A stretch of DNA of 64,000 nt, from positions 74,772,001-74,836,000 of the forward strand of contig CM097885.1 of assembly GCA_044892525.1 (NCBI GenBank). Direction: 5' to 3'. Source of the DNA: Schmidtea polychroa (taxonomy: Eukaryota). The notes beneath the pieces are model-generated. The model did no database searches and was not told the origin of the DNA. It saw only the letters and a list, made by a program, of their open reading frames with translations. The translations under genes were made by a program, and so were the position numbers. Shown here one piece after another: positions 36,802-49,495 of the stretch. Position 1 is the stretch's first letter. Each line of letters starts with the position of its first letter.

Positions 36802-39088
36802 GGTTGTACGACAATCCACCAAACGACAATCCGTCAAATCATTAATAATGTTGGGCTGAAGCCGAGAACTGAGAGTTTGTTTTAATCGATCGAAAATACC
36901 TAACACAAAAACCGCAAAGTTGGAAAATTTATGACCAAGGTTTAATTTAAAATAAATGAAATAAATTACATCACACATTAAGAACCAATAAACCCCGTAT
37001 AATAGAATAAGAGATAAATGAATTTAACAAAAAATTCAACACTTAAAAATTTAAATAGAAAAATAATAAAATATAAAATAGAATTAGTTGAAAATTATTT
37101 AAACAATATAAAAATTAAATCGTCAAAAATAATAAAATTGGTTAGCATTATATAAATTGTAAAGTTTATAGAATTAAATGGTTATTTAACTTATTAAATT
37201 TAAAGAATAAAAATGTTTAAATTAATGAAAATTAATATAACTCAAATTATTTAAATTATAAAATTTATAAAATTAAAATTAATAAAAATTAAATAAGAAA
37301 TTAATTAAATTTATTGAATTAAAACAAATAAACAATTGCACACACTCATGCATGTATGCAAGACTAATTAAAAATTTCTCGCACTCTGATTGGATAGAGT
37401 GGCAGCAAATGCATGAAAAATCAGTATAAATACTGATCACAAATTCATTTAAAGGGACTACTTTTTCTCTAACATCAAAATTTAGTTGTAGACAGTGAAG
37501 CTCTCAGTTTTCGATTTTATGCCCACGTGGATTTGGTAATTTATTTTTTATTGTTGTAGTAATTTTACGAGATGATTAAATTTAATATGCAATAAAATTT
37601 TTAGTTAAATTTTCTTTTGTTTTAATTGTTTAATTTCATTTAGTTGCAGATATTAAATAATAATTTTTTATTGTGTTCAATTTTTATACTAACTGATTAC
37701 GAACGTTAGTACCGCTGAATTGAGATTCAGCATATCATGGTTTGAGGTACCTTCGGGATGCTCAGACTGGTGGGTATGCTGGTTTTTCAATCGCGCAGCT
37801 GGATTGGGCCGGAATGTGGGGGCTTCCTCACGGGTCCTATCGCTGGAAGTACTGTGGTCAAATGTAGGTTAGGACTGAGAATACAGGCAGATCCCTGCTC
37901 AAATTTTTTGAAGTATAACGTAAATATTATGGGAAGCGTGGATTAACTTGAAAATAAGGGCCAATCCCTGCTCAAATTTTTCAAAGGATAATTTAGATAT
38001 TGTAGGAAGTGTAGAACAATAATTATTAGCTGGAAAATAAGGGCGGATCCCTGCACAAAATTTCATAAGAGAACAATTAGAAATACCCGTAATTGAGGAC
38101 CAACAACGATCCAAAAATAGCATACACAGTGAATAATGACGTAAGACCTTCTATCGGCAGTCTAGAACCCGAAAAGAAAATACAATGGGGAGTAGTTTTA
38201 GTAATAGAGCTCACCTGCTCATTGTTTTTTCGCCTTTGTGTACAGTACCAACATGGTCGTCGCCATGGGTACACAAATGGTTTAAAGTGCAACAGTCATG
38301 GAGGTGCTTAGGAAAGAGCCGAACGATTATGAGTACCCCTAACGTATTTTTAAAATGCAAAAATGATACACCCCTAAGTGACCAACAATAAGCTGGCGAC
38401 AATCCGCCAAATGACAATTCGCCAAATGACAATCCGCCAAATAGTTCAAAGTGACAATCCACCAAAGCGAAAATCTGCCAAAAAGTCGATAAATTTTTGT
38501 TTTAACATACATACATTTTAAATTTATAATATTTTTAAAATTTTAATAATAAATTCTCCGTTGAAAGATAAGAATCAACTAGTAATTGTTTAATATAAAA
38601 TTTTAATTAAATATTTAAACAATTTAACTGGCTGAGAGGTAAACAAGATTTTTTATCAAAATTTGTGATAATTTGACTGATTCAATGAGAAATTTGAATG
38701 AGTTAATTCGTTTTATTATATATACTCTGAGTTTATCCGACAAGATGTTTTGACCCCCTATGGGTATTGCTCACAAGAGTACTCACATTCAACATGTCGC
38801 AATGATACTGATCATAAAGGTACTGGTATTTGATTTTAATGCTTTTACTTGAATGATTATTTAGGCAAATTTGTTGTACAAGTACATGTGAATTAATTTT
38901 AATATGATGACCTACAAATATTTTTTTTATAAATGTCAGCGTTGGCCAATTTTTTAGTGTTGGCGGATTGTCATTTGGCGGATTGTCATTTGGCGGATTG
39001 TCGTTTGGCGGATTGTCGTTTGGCGGATTGTCGTTTGGCGAATTGTCATAATTGCTGGATTGTCGTGTTGGAGGATTGTCGGAATACG
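36802..39088. mobile_element. Non-autonomous MULE (Mutator-like) element
   Basis: Perfect 9-bp TSD TAGTAATAT (36793-36801 and 39089-39097). Termini are built from 15-bp GACAATCCGCCAAAY units in inverted orientation. Confidence 0.85.
37876..38065. repeat. Degenerate ~73-83-bp tandem repeat (about 2.5 units)
   Basis: GAAAATAAGGGC--ATCCCTGCTCAAATTTT occurs three times, and the intervening segments are also similar to each other. Confidence 0.8.
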
Positions 39089-41384
39089 TAGTAATATATT
39101 TTTTCTGTTGATTTTAAATAAATAATCTGATATTAATTAAGTAAAATGAAAATTAAACTATAATAAATCAAATCACTGTCAAAATAATTTTAAATATTTA
39201 ATTAATAAAATTGAAATAAAATAATCTAAAAAAATGTTTTAGAAATACAAATGAGTATAAAATTATACAAATGAGTACTTTCAGAGTTCAGGATTTGAAA
39301 AGAGTACGGTTTGCGAAAAAAGAGTAGAAAACTCAGTAAATTAGTATAGTTGGTCACCTTACACTAAGACAAGAATGATGTTTCATTTTGGTCGGCTTTA
39401 AATATGAAAATGTGGGTTCACATAATTAAGTGTATCCAAATCATGAATATATTCACAGCATTTTTTTATGTTTCAATACTACTCTCGACAAACGTACTCC
39501 CAAAAATTTACTTCTGACGCTCTGGCTTTAAGAAATACATCAGCATGCCATGTCAACATTTCTTTTTGAATGACATCTTTTTCAAAGTGGAGAATTTCAT
39601 TGCATTATTTTTTATAAAGATCCATATCTTACATATTTTTAGTTACAAGTTAAAATAATTTTAATTCTGAATTTTGACGAGTTCTCATAGATCGTTCCGT
39701 TTGGCATGACAATCTTCCTCCCAGGTAATTTACTTATTATATTACTTGCTATTTATGTATCCTCAACATATTCAAAAGTGTTTGCTTCTATATTTTCTAT
39801 ATTTTGCTTTCATTGCTTTGGCAGACATCAGCTGAAGTCATTTATCAGAATCTTCATTCCGCAACAGATTTTGGATTTAAATCAGATCTAACTGAACAAT
39901 GTCTTCGACTTTTCTAAAATCACTGAATCTAGCTTCGAAATCCTCGCTCTCAAAATCTTTGCAAAAATTAGTGCGGCCATCTCGCATCAGTGTGCAACAA
40001 TAAATCAGGCTGTCCTAATTGAATAAGTTATCTTTGTAGATATTTCCCTCGTATCGAATTGACTATCTTAAATGTTATGTCCATAATACTTTTTGTATCC
40101 AATCTTTTGCTTGCTAATACCTGTTGATGGATTGTGCAATGATAGCTCAAAATATTAGGAAAACCGTCAGATTTCTTTTATAGTGCGACAAATCCGTTAA
40201 TATAATATGATCAGTCATTGATTTGACTCCATCGGTTTTAATGGATACTAGCTTAAATATTGGTATTTTAAACTTATTTATAAATTCTTCAAATATATCG
40301 ACACCTCTGGTTTTCGCTTTCAAAGAAATCATGCCCAGTAGCTCCTCGTTATTAGTAAAATCATCAAATACCATACGAATAAACACAAGCAAATGGTCCC
40401 TATCACTTACATTGTTGATTCATAAATTTGCATAGAAAAACATACATACTTATTAACATCTGTATCTATTTGTTCTCTGATATTTTCACTCATATTCTCA
40501 ACTCGGCACATTATAGTATAGCTGTAAATTCCGCATAGCAGTTTTAATTTTAAAATTCAATAAAAAGCGTGTCTGATATTTCTGAGAACGCGTATTTCAA
40601 AAACTAACCATCAGAAAACATATCTTGTACTGAGTTAATCACGTTCAATTTGTTTTTTAAAAGTATTAAGTGGGTAATCTGTTTGATATTTACCATGAAG
40701 CGAGATTAAATGCCGTTCCAAATTTCCTTTTTGGGTAATGCCACTTTTGTATATCAGACAACAGTATTTTCCTTCCATAATATTGATTTTAGGTTTAAAG
40801 AAATTGAAGTTTTTTCGTTATTTTTACTGTAGAAATGGCATAACTTTCGACCAAAAATAGCTCGGCTATCTCTGGTTTAATGTATCACTTCAAAAAAATA
40901 CAATTTTAATTCATAAAATTAGAATTTCATCTCTTTAGGACCAATTGATTAAAGCTTTAGCTAAATTAGCTCAGAAGTATTTAATGTTTTAAAAAATTAC
41001 TAACAGAATAAAATCATTTAAATTGTCATCTTTATTTGACATTAAATATTTACAATATTTGATGAAATAAATGAAGCTTTTCCGATGAACACGTGCAACA
41101 GTATCACAATTGTTAATTTCAACTTAACGATAAATACTTAAAGTTACAAAATTCATTATGAAATTTTCAGCAGTCAACCGAAACACGTAATAAACACTGA
41201 TGACAAGTACAAAGTTCACAAAATCAGAGTATAAGTGGTACCACACACCATTCAATCAACCAATCAACGTTAAAACAAGATAACAATAATATTAAGTAAT
41301 CAAGTCAATAATTTATTTTGTTAACACACACAAACACTTAATCAACCAATTACATATCTGGATTTAATTTCTCTTTCCCATTGT

Positions 41385-42278
41385 TCACATTTGCTTCACT
41401 TTAGTTCCCACTATTGGAAATGTTGCTATCTTCTCTTTCATTCTAAGAGAGAATAAACCTATTCAATTGAATATAATAAAATTACATAGCGACAATATTA
41501 AGGACTCGATCACGTGCCTTGATAGCAACCTCGTCGATTTGTGTCTATTTAAAAGAATCAATAATGTAACAAACAATATTATCAAAATCTTACTCTGTAC
41601 ATAGAATATATTTTAGGACATGTCATTAACAAGAGTACAAAAACAGTTACCAAATCAATAAGATTAAAACACATGCCAATATATACCATTGCTACATTGA
41701 CTAAGAAAAACTGAGGAAAAAATAAATTCAACTTAATTTAATTAAGTATGGGTACCTTAACGCCATCTAAGTAGCTCTCTAATAAAAATATCGAATTTAA
41801 ATAAGCTATTGCTTTCTTGAAATGGCTATTATCGTTAGTTGTTTGATAATGTACATAATCAGATATCTTAGTTAAATAAACATTCATATCTTTTTCTAAA
41901 TATTCTTGGAATGGATTTGCTGCTTCATTGTTAATGAAGTTGGAATAAAATCGCAAAAGCATTGATGATATTATAAACAATAATCCAATGTATGCAATAA
42001 CAGAAATAAATGACAATGTTTTAACCATAATCACAAGCACTATCCATGAGACTAATAATGAACTAGTTAATATTGGACAATGCCAAGATATTATGTTCTT
42101 AACTATTTTTTAAAAATTTTTACAATAAAAAAATGAAAGATAAATAATTACTAGATCTGGGTAAGGATTCCAAACATGAACAGTTGAATTCATTTTCTAC
42201 ATTATAAGGTAATAAAATTTATTAAATCTAAATAAAACCTCCACCTATCATTTTTTCGTTAGCATCACAGGTCTCCAT
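41385..42278 (-). CDS. RTN: Reticulon (short RTN/Rtnl1-type), 6 exons, ~219 aa
   Basis: Exons 42278-42245, 42196-42152, 42102-41756, 41710-41594, 41544-41486 and 41442-41385 join in phase. NIISW...SFISVIAYIGL...NPFQEYLEKD...IFLLESYLDGVK|FFLVNVAMVYIGMCFN...CPKIYSMYR|TQIDE matches the reticulon homology domain, with intron positions like vertebrate RTNs. The first two exons are less certain. Confidence 0.9.
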
Positions 42279-42529
42279 TCTTTAAAAAAAATGTTATTAA
42301 AAACAAAACAATATGACTAACTAACTTTTCTTTGTTCAAATAATTTTAATTTATAGATTTAAAAAATATATTTAAACAAAATATATATCAGCCATCTATT
42401 TACATGACTTTCAAATTTAATAGCGTTGATTTTTCATTTTATAGTGTTTTATTATGATAGTGATTATTATAAAAATTTTGAAAACATTGTATAGTGCATG
42501 TGTAGTCTTTTTATTATGTTTTAATAAAG

Positions 42530-42900
42530 ATGCATATCTTACATATTTTTTAGTTACAAGTTAGAATAATTTTAATTCCAAATTTAGACTTTGATATATT
42601 TAAAAGTATTTGCTTCTATTTCATGTTCCATTGCTATTCACAGGCATCAGCTGAAGTCATTTATCAGGATCTTCATTCTTATCCTTGGTACTTAGAAAGA
42701 ATCTCCTTTTCCAATTTCTGTATTCTCGAACTTTTTCATCAATTCCTCCGCACATTTGGAAATCAGATGAATTATTAATCATATTTAAATATTATAATCT
42801 TCACTACTTACAATTGCTTTTCAGAACTGATCAATTTCCGTGCATTTTTAATCTTGTGCCACTTTCTGTGACGTTGAGCGCTACCTTTTCAATTTAATAT
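42530..42900 (-). mobile_element. Fragment of the same GTF2IRD2-like hAT family
   Basis: CATATCTTACATATTTTTAGTTACAAGTT...CATCAGCTGAAGTCATTTATCAG repeats 39622-39850. Confidence 0.7.
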
Positions 42901-43020
42901 CACCATTTAATGTTAGATTCTTTAGTTAGTTTAACGACTAATACAGTTGCACTATCTGACTCTAAAAGATAATGCGCGTTTTAAATAACTTAAGAAAACT
43001 CGATTTCTTTCATAGAAATG

Positions 43021-43803
43021 TGTTGGGGTTAGCGCAAAAACCAAAAAATTCATATATAAAAAGAAGGCATAACAAAAATGGGTAAAATCAATAAAAATGC
43101 AAAATTAATTAAAATTTAATAAAAATCAAAAATCAATATTGAACGGGAGTATCGGGTATGGTTGAACGCCTAATTGATAGGTGAATTCAGAAACTATAAT
43201 AAAAATTTATATAGATGTTCACAGGGATAGTTAAGGCGAAAAAACAAATTAATTAAAATTAATCAATCGGCAATGGAAACCCGAGTCAATGGGAAACCCA
43301 AGCGCTGTATGAAACCCGATGCGCAGTGAGACAGGAATAACAAGATAAAAGAAGGAATATTTTGAGCTCTAATCAAGGGTAAACAAATTAAAGTAATCTA
43401 AAAACCCTTATATATTGATTTTGGGTCCCGAGGAAATAATTTAGAGCAATTTTTTAGATAATCTGCCTCTTATGAAAGTATATAAAGAGAGCTCAGAAGT
43501 GAACAAGCCGCCATTTAGTCGAAGAAAGAAAAGAAAAACAAAGAAGCACAATCCGATGGTCAATAATTAGAAAGAGAAACATATTAATTCAAACAAGGAA
43601 AGACCAGAAAAGGTTACCCCTTGGGTTTTCTACCTTATCGAGTGAAAAGTATCTAGAGAGAAAGGTGCAAATAGTGACAAATTGTAATTGTGATAAAGAT
43701 TTAATAAAAAGTATTCTGTGGTGGGTTTGAGTTATTTGGCTGAATAAGAACACGAGGAGTCAGAAAGGTAGTCGAAATATAGATACAATAAATATGATTA
43801 ACA
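43021..43803 (+). mobile_element. Probable solo LTR
   Basis: TGTTGGGGTT start and AAACCCGAG motifs shared with the 50953 LTR; GGAGTCAG near the TTAACA end. Confidence 0.6.
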
Positions 43804-43833
43804 AAATTATATTATCAAAACACACGAATAAAT

Positions 43834-44850
43834 TGTTAAAAAAGATATCAGTTTTATCCAACCGGCCTCAGGTATTTTTAAGTCAGCGAGAACTGAATTC
43901 TAATTAATCTACAGCTTCGCTCTAATGTGAAAGATAAGAGACAATGTATTCCAAAAATTTACGCAATCGATTACTGCTAAGAATTGACAGCAACGTTTCC
44001 TATTACATTGACCTCTAAAATTTATAAACATTTTACGGTAAATCAGTTCCACTAAAACACTGTTGCCCACCAAATCCCTCTGAATAACAAATTATAATAA
44101 ACTGTTACAAGTGAGATTCTCAAATAAAGCTCGAGAATTACTTTCTGTTTGTTGGGTATTTTGTGTAAGTCGGTATCACTGTCTGACTCATTGGTATTTT
44201 TTATTAGGCAAATCTAATAATAACAATCCAATAATATTTATTCTAAATTACTACAATTACACTTTTATTTATTACACACTTTACTAAAACAATTTAATTT
44301 TACACCACTTTAAGTAACTCTTAATTCTGTACACTTTAAAATAATCAGTCTGGCGCAGGGATATATCTTCAAATGAGAGATCTCCCTTTCTGGTACTCTA
44401 AATGATTTGTTTAGCACTTAGTTTTAAATTCGCTTTTTACTCCCTTTCAATTTACTGTCAATCTTCTTTCTTCGACCAACTGGTAATTCTGTTAACTTGA
44501 CTGTTCTTTTTATAACCATCTTATAATTACATTATTTAATCATCAAATTAATTTTGGTATCTTTTGTCCGGGCTTTCCTTTGCCGACCTAATTGGGTTTT
44601 AGCCTTTAGGCCTCCGGACTATTTATTTATTTTTGACATCCTGGCAAAATTTAATTTTCCATCAGCTAATTTAATTTTCCTCATTCCCTTTCAATTTGAT
44701 TCTACCTAATTAAATAATAATGTTGATCACTCGGGTTTTTTTCGCACTGATCGGGTTTTCTATTAGCTAATTAATTTTTAATTAATTTTAGTCTTTTGTA
44801 ATTATATACTTCTAGAGACCCCCATTAATTTCATTTTTATTATATTTGAA
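43834..44850 (-). mobile_element. LTR-like sequence in opposite orientation
   Basis: Reverse complement carries AATTAGCTAATAGAAAACCCGA motifs like 51200-51260 and ends in TTAACA. Far boundary approximate. Confidence 0.5.
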
Positions 44851-45599
44851 CTTGTCTCATCGTTCGGCATCCGTCCATACCAGTTTTTCTAGAAAATATT
44901 CATTTTTAATTTTTTTGATTTTTAAATGAATATTTAAAACAATTAAATGATAATTTAAGCCTTTTGATGGAAATTATATATTTAATATAAATGAAAAAAA
45001 ATTCGACTATAAAATAGGTCTTGTCAATTTCCTGGAATTTTCTTCTATTTTCTAAATGCTTTTTGATTTTCTCTTTTTTCCCTTTTTCTTACTTCTCATT
45101 GGTTAGAAATAATAATAAACTTATTTGTTGAAGAATTTAAAATTTAAAAGATTTTTTTAATAAATATTCTCTAAAATTCAAAAAGAAACTAACAAAAATT
45201 TTAAAAATTTTAAAACTTCTATAATTAGCTCATAAAACCCTATTTTAATAAATAATATCTTAAAATATTTATAAAATATAGTTTCCAATAACTATTTATA
45301 TACACAATTTAAATATTTTTAAAAAAAGTTTTCATTTTGTTTTTTAGTCCTGATGATCTTTTAAAAGTATATTTAATCTATTTATCTATATCATTTTAAC
45401 TTTTAAATTATAAATTTTTAATTGACGCTATTCTCAAGGTAAATAACAACAAATTAAATTGATGATTTCATTGATCTCTTTTTTAGTGTTAATTGTTGGC
45501 CGTCTGTTTATGATGAGAATTGCTTCTTTGAATCTGATATTTATTTTGGACTTGTTGCATCACAAATTTCAACTAAGAAAGAAGACCAAACAAAACACA

Positions 45600-46044
45600 G
45601 AATTCAAGCACACTCACTAAAAATACATCAAAATGATATTTTCCAGTGCCTACAATGTTCGCCATATGATGCAAACATAAAAGCATGCTTTCCACTTAAT
45701 AAAATCACTGAACACATAAAAATAACCCAAATTTCAAATGCCCAATATCAAAAAATCCTAAAAATAATATTAAATGAAACAAAAATTACATGTAAAACAG
45801 ATTAACTATAAGGTCAACCTTGGAAGATATCGAAAGACATGAAAAAACACACAAGAAAAAAATGTATATTACACAAAAATCGAATGTCATTTTTGGATAT
45901 AAATGGAACAACATAACATACTTGAAAATTACAACATACATAACGGTACAAACAATCAAAAACAAGAAGAAGAAAAAATACCCGATAACATATCAGTTAA
46001 TTCGGCCGACATTGGATCGTATTGACTAAACCAGCATCAAATTG

Positions 46045-46099
<55 letters not shown>

Positions 46100-47500
46100 A
46101 CAACAATACTTCTAGAAAATCCTATAGGAATGTCACTATATAATAGAGACTTAAAAATCTTTTTCAACCTTCCCGTTCTCAAAATACACAAATTGAAATG
46201 AGATAATTTGGCCACTAAACATAACAGGTAAACTATGGATACTGTTCTACCTAAACAAAAAACAAAAACTTGTAACTATTATAGACCCAGCAACAGATAT
46301 AAGCATAGAAAAACATAATGTCATACTAAATAATGTACTCCAAGCAATACAAAACTTTCACGAAATAATAAACACAATAAATGTCACGATTAAAGATATA
46401 CAATACCCAAAATGTCAAAATATATCTGACTCTGGCTTCTACATATGCCATTTTGCCCTATATCTCAATACAAATTCCAAACATTAGGACTATTAGAGGA
46501 GATATAGATGGGCTTATCACCAAAATACTAAATAACAAGAAAACGAGAAAAAGACATTATAAAATATCCTAATTACAATAATATGCTTGCCACACAGCAT
46601 GACAGAGACATAAATAATCCAGACATGGAATTCGAAGAAATAGATAGGATAGATAAAATAATATATCCTAATAAATATAAAATATTAAATATAATGAAAC
46701 AAATTAATGAGACACAAACACCTAAAAATATACTCATATTTAAACTAAGAAACAATTACATTAAAAAATGCAAGGAAACAGTTGAAAAAATATTTGATAT
46801 TAAATCAAAATTTACCATCCCACCAACTACACAAATGGTAGCTACCTACCATCTATCATTAACACAAATAATAAAATAGAATATCCTCTATGTAAAGATA
46901 AAACTATTACAAATATTATTTCCAACATAGAAAAAACACCTACAATAAAAAATTAAATAAAAGATCTGCCCAGCGAAAGACAAGATCACATACGCGCACT
47001 TGGAAAATGTGTAACCCAACCGTGAACTGCTTACCGCAATATTTAACAACAAAATACGAAACAAAGCATGCCCTAAAACATGGAAATCATGCAAAACAAG
47101 ATTTACCCTTTAACCTAGTAGAGAAGAAAATAGCCATGGCATATATTCACGGAGGCCCTAAGCAATATTAGACACATCATATAGAATATTTTCTGCATCA
47201 TTAATAATAGGCTTCTCGGATGGATAAGACTAAGAAATTTACTTAGCACCAACGAGAAAGCAATAGGTATACCAGATGGCTGTTCTGAATATAACACATA
47301 ACTAACATTAGTTAAAGAGAGAGCCATCCGAACAAAAAAAGATATAAATATTATTTGGCTAGATAAAGCAAACGCATTTGGTAATGTCCCACATAAATTA
47401 CTATGGCACACACTACACAAAATGGCCATTCACAAAAACACATTAGAACTTATACAAAATATATACAATGAATGCTCAACATATTATGAATGTTAAGTGA
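45600..47500 (+). mobile_element. Degenerate non-LTR retrotransposon (R2/NeSL-like clade) N-terminus and RT
   Basis: CPKTWK, DGCSEYN and IIWLDKANAFGNVPHKLLWHTL (RT). Many stops; ends near the gap. Confidence 0.75.
46048..46097. repeat. (TA)n microsatellite
   Basis: Perfect dinucleotide run. Confidence 0.95.
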
Positions 47501-47572
47501 ACAAAACAGATAACATAGAAATAAATAATTTGGTAAGTGCTTATTATATCATATATTTGCTTAACATTTAAN

Positions 47573-47727
47573 NNNNNNNNNNNNNNNNNNNNNNNNNNNN
47601 NNNNNNNNNNNNNNNNNNNNNNNNNNNNNNNNNNNNNNNNNNNNNNNNNNNNNNNNNNNNNNNNNNNNNNNNNNNNNNNNNNNNNNNNNNNNNNNNNNNN
47701 NNNNNNNNNNNNNNNNNNNNNNNNNNN
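47573..47727. other. Assembly gap (N run)
   Basis: Run of N. Confidence 1.
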
Positions 47728-48202
47728 TTAAGTATAAATTGACTATATGAACAAAATATTTATTAAAAAGTATCATGACAGATTGAAGTCCTACGTCAAT
47801 GAAAGGTAATGTAATTTTTCATTAATCTTGAAATTTGAGCCGTCATGAGAAGGTCCATTAATAATTACATCTTATAATTGCAAGTTTCATAAATAATTAA
47901 AATATAATTGTGGCATGAAAAAAACACTGTTGACTAAATGCAATGCTCCTACCAAATGCAAATTTTACAATAAAATAATTTACATATATTTACATTTATT
48001 TAAATTTGGTTTAGTCTTCAGTGAAATTTTATCCTAAATTTTCTTATTAATAGTTTTTTGTTCTTTTTTGGCACACGAGAAATGCTTATACAAACAATGA
48101 TGGTATTTTTAGATTTTACCACATGTCTAGGTAAAATCGATTGTTTGACAGAAAACTTTGATTTTAGTTGTTCTAATATTTTCGTTCTTAATTCAGATTT
48201 AA

Positions 48203-48681
48203 CCCTTTGACCACTATCGGGACATATATGTCCCAGTCAAATTTAAAAAATATATAGATGCCTCATTCTCTGTGCTATTACAACCAACGCTTGTTCAACT
48301 CGTGTTTATAGTATTTTCGACTAGTTTCGTCTACTCGTTAATATACGTTCTGCCGGCAAGCAAACGTAACATTTTATTTCATTCGTTGTCACAGTTTACA
48401 GCATGTGCTTTGTGAAATAGTGGTTATAATAAGTATTTATATCGAAAGGTAAGCACATTTATTTTTTTGTGTATATGTTTATATTTTTTTATAAAACTGC
48501 ATGCAATAATAGTTTTTGCCTTACATTTAGTTAGTGGGACATATATGTCCCACACTCAAATTTCAAATTTGCAGCATAGGAAAATTTGAAATCAACAATA
48601 CACGTTTTAAACAAGCTATATAGCTGATTTCTATCGTAAAAGTTACAGAAATTTCATTTTTTAAAATTCACCGTCAAAGGG
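48203..48681. mobile_element. piggyBac-type MITE
   Basis: TTAA TSDs on both sides; TIRs CCCTTTGAC / GTCAAAGGG; subterminal palindrome GGGACATATATGTCCC present twice. Confidence 0.9.
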
Positions 48682-49139
48682 TTAAGTGGCTATTTCTTAT
48701 CAAAAGTGACATGATGGTCAACACTACTGCTGCACAATGCTGGACGCTTTTGATGAGTCCTCGAGTGATTTGTTATTGGGCTACAAATAGAAGAATTTTG
48801 ACTTTTTATTATACGTCGAAAACCATTTACATGCAACTGCATCAACTCAAATTAAAATTTCTGAGGACAATCAAATAAATCGTTGTAAAACATACAACAT
48901 GTTGAGGATCAATAAACACGTATAACATAAATTTAAAATATATGATAATATTATTCTGCAACTCTCAAGTTTATTTTAAAAAAATGAAAATTTTCGACTA
49001 TGAAATAGCTGTTTGAAATCTATTGAAGATTGAAGAGGTCTATCTCATAGTAAAAAATTCTCATTTTTTGTTTGAAATAAACTTGAAACTGTTTGCAAAG
49101 GGTTTTCATAATTTTTACTAATTATTTTAGTAAATTGAT

Positions 49140-49141
49140 TA

Positions 49142-49221
<80 letters not shown>

Positions 49222-49230
49222 TTATTATTA
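49140..49230. repeat. (ATT)n microsatellite
   Basis: Near-perfect run. Confidence 0.95.
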
Positions 49231-49495
49231 TTCAATAACCTGAAATTTTCAACTAAAATCTACCTTTTCAACCATTAAAACAAATCATCTCAACACTAAA
49301 TAGATCTAAATTGATCATTCTCTCAAATGTTGACTTTTAAACCGACCATTAAGTTGAAATAGAAATATTATTAATGACTAAAATGTAATAAATTAAATAA
49401 CTAAAGTAATTAATAATTACATATAATTTAAAATCCCACTTTACTTAGTAGTTGAATATTTATTGATTACTAATATTTAGTAAGTATTATGGAAG

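Larger units (their letters stand above)
34427..39361 (-). mobile_element. hAT (Blackjack-like) transposon with near-complete, disrupted transposase
   Basis: 15-bp perfect TIRs TAAGGTGACCAACTA. Transposase pieces at 36753-36436 (BED-like CTIC...H), 35953-35546 (FDASNH, ADNTNTNFGG, GCNTHII), 35488-34835 (VRWLAL), and TNAAVERV near 34700. TSD decayed. Confidence 0.92.
34047..40800 (-). mobile_element. Degenerate hAT (GTF2IRD2-like) transposon split by the 34427-39361 insertion
   Basis: TIR CAGGGGTAGCCAAC at 34047. The C-terminal CEPTFSYLK...KHHSC|LTDLHTADSLRL reads continuously across the insertion. MLVFIRMVFDDFTNNEELLGMISLKAKTRGVDIF...SIKTDG at 40147-40392. 5' end not resolved. Confidence 0.85.

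Noticed and set aside
37710-37736. ACCGCTGAATT...AGCATATCA resembling the 5' end of 28S rRNA
   Set aside because: The match is very short and interrupted, and no further rRNA sequence follows.
37876-38065. CRISPR-like array: three ~35-bp semi-palindromic repeats with ~40-48-bp gaps
   Set aside because: The apparent spacers are homologous to each other, so this is a degenerate tandem repeat. There are no cas genes and the context is eukaryotic.
48000-48790. Minus-strand open frame that rejoins when the piggyBac MITE is removed (PLKSELRTKILEQLK...)
   Set aside because: There is an in-frame stop just upstream, no convincing acceptor and no recognisable homology.
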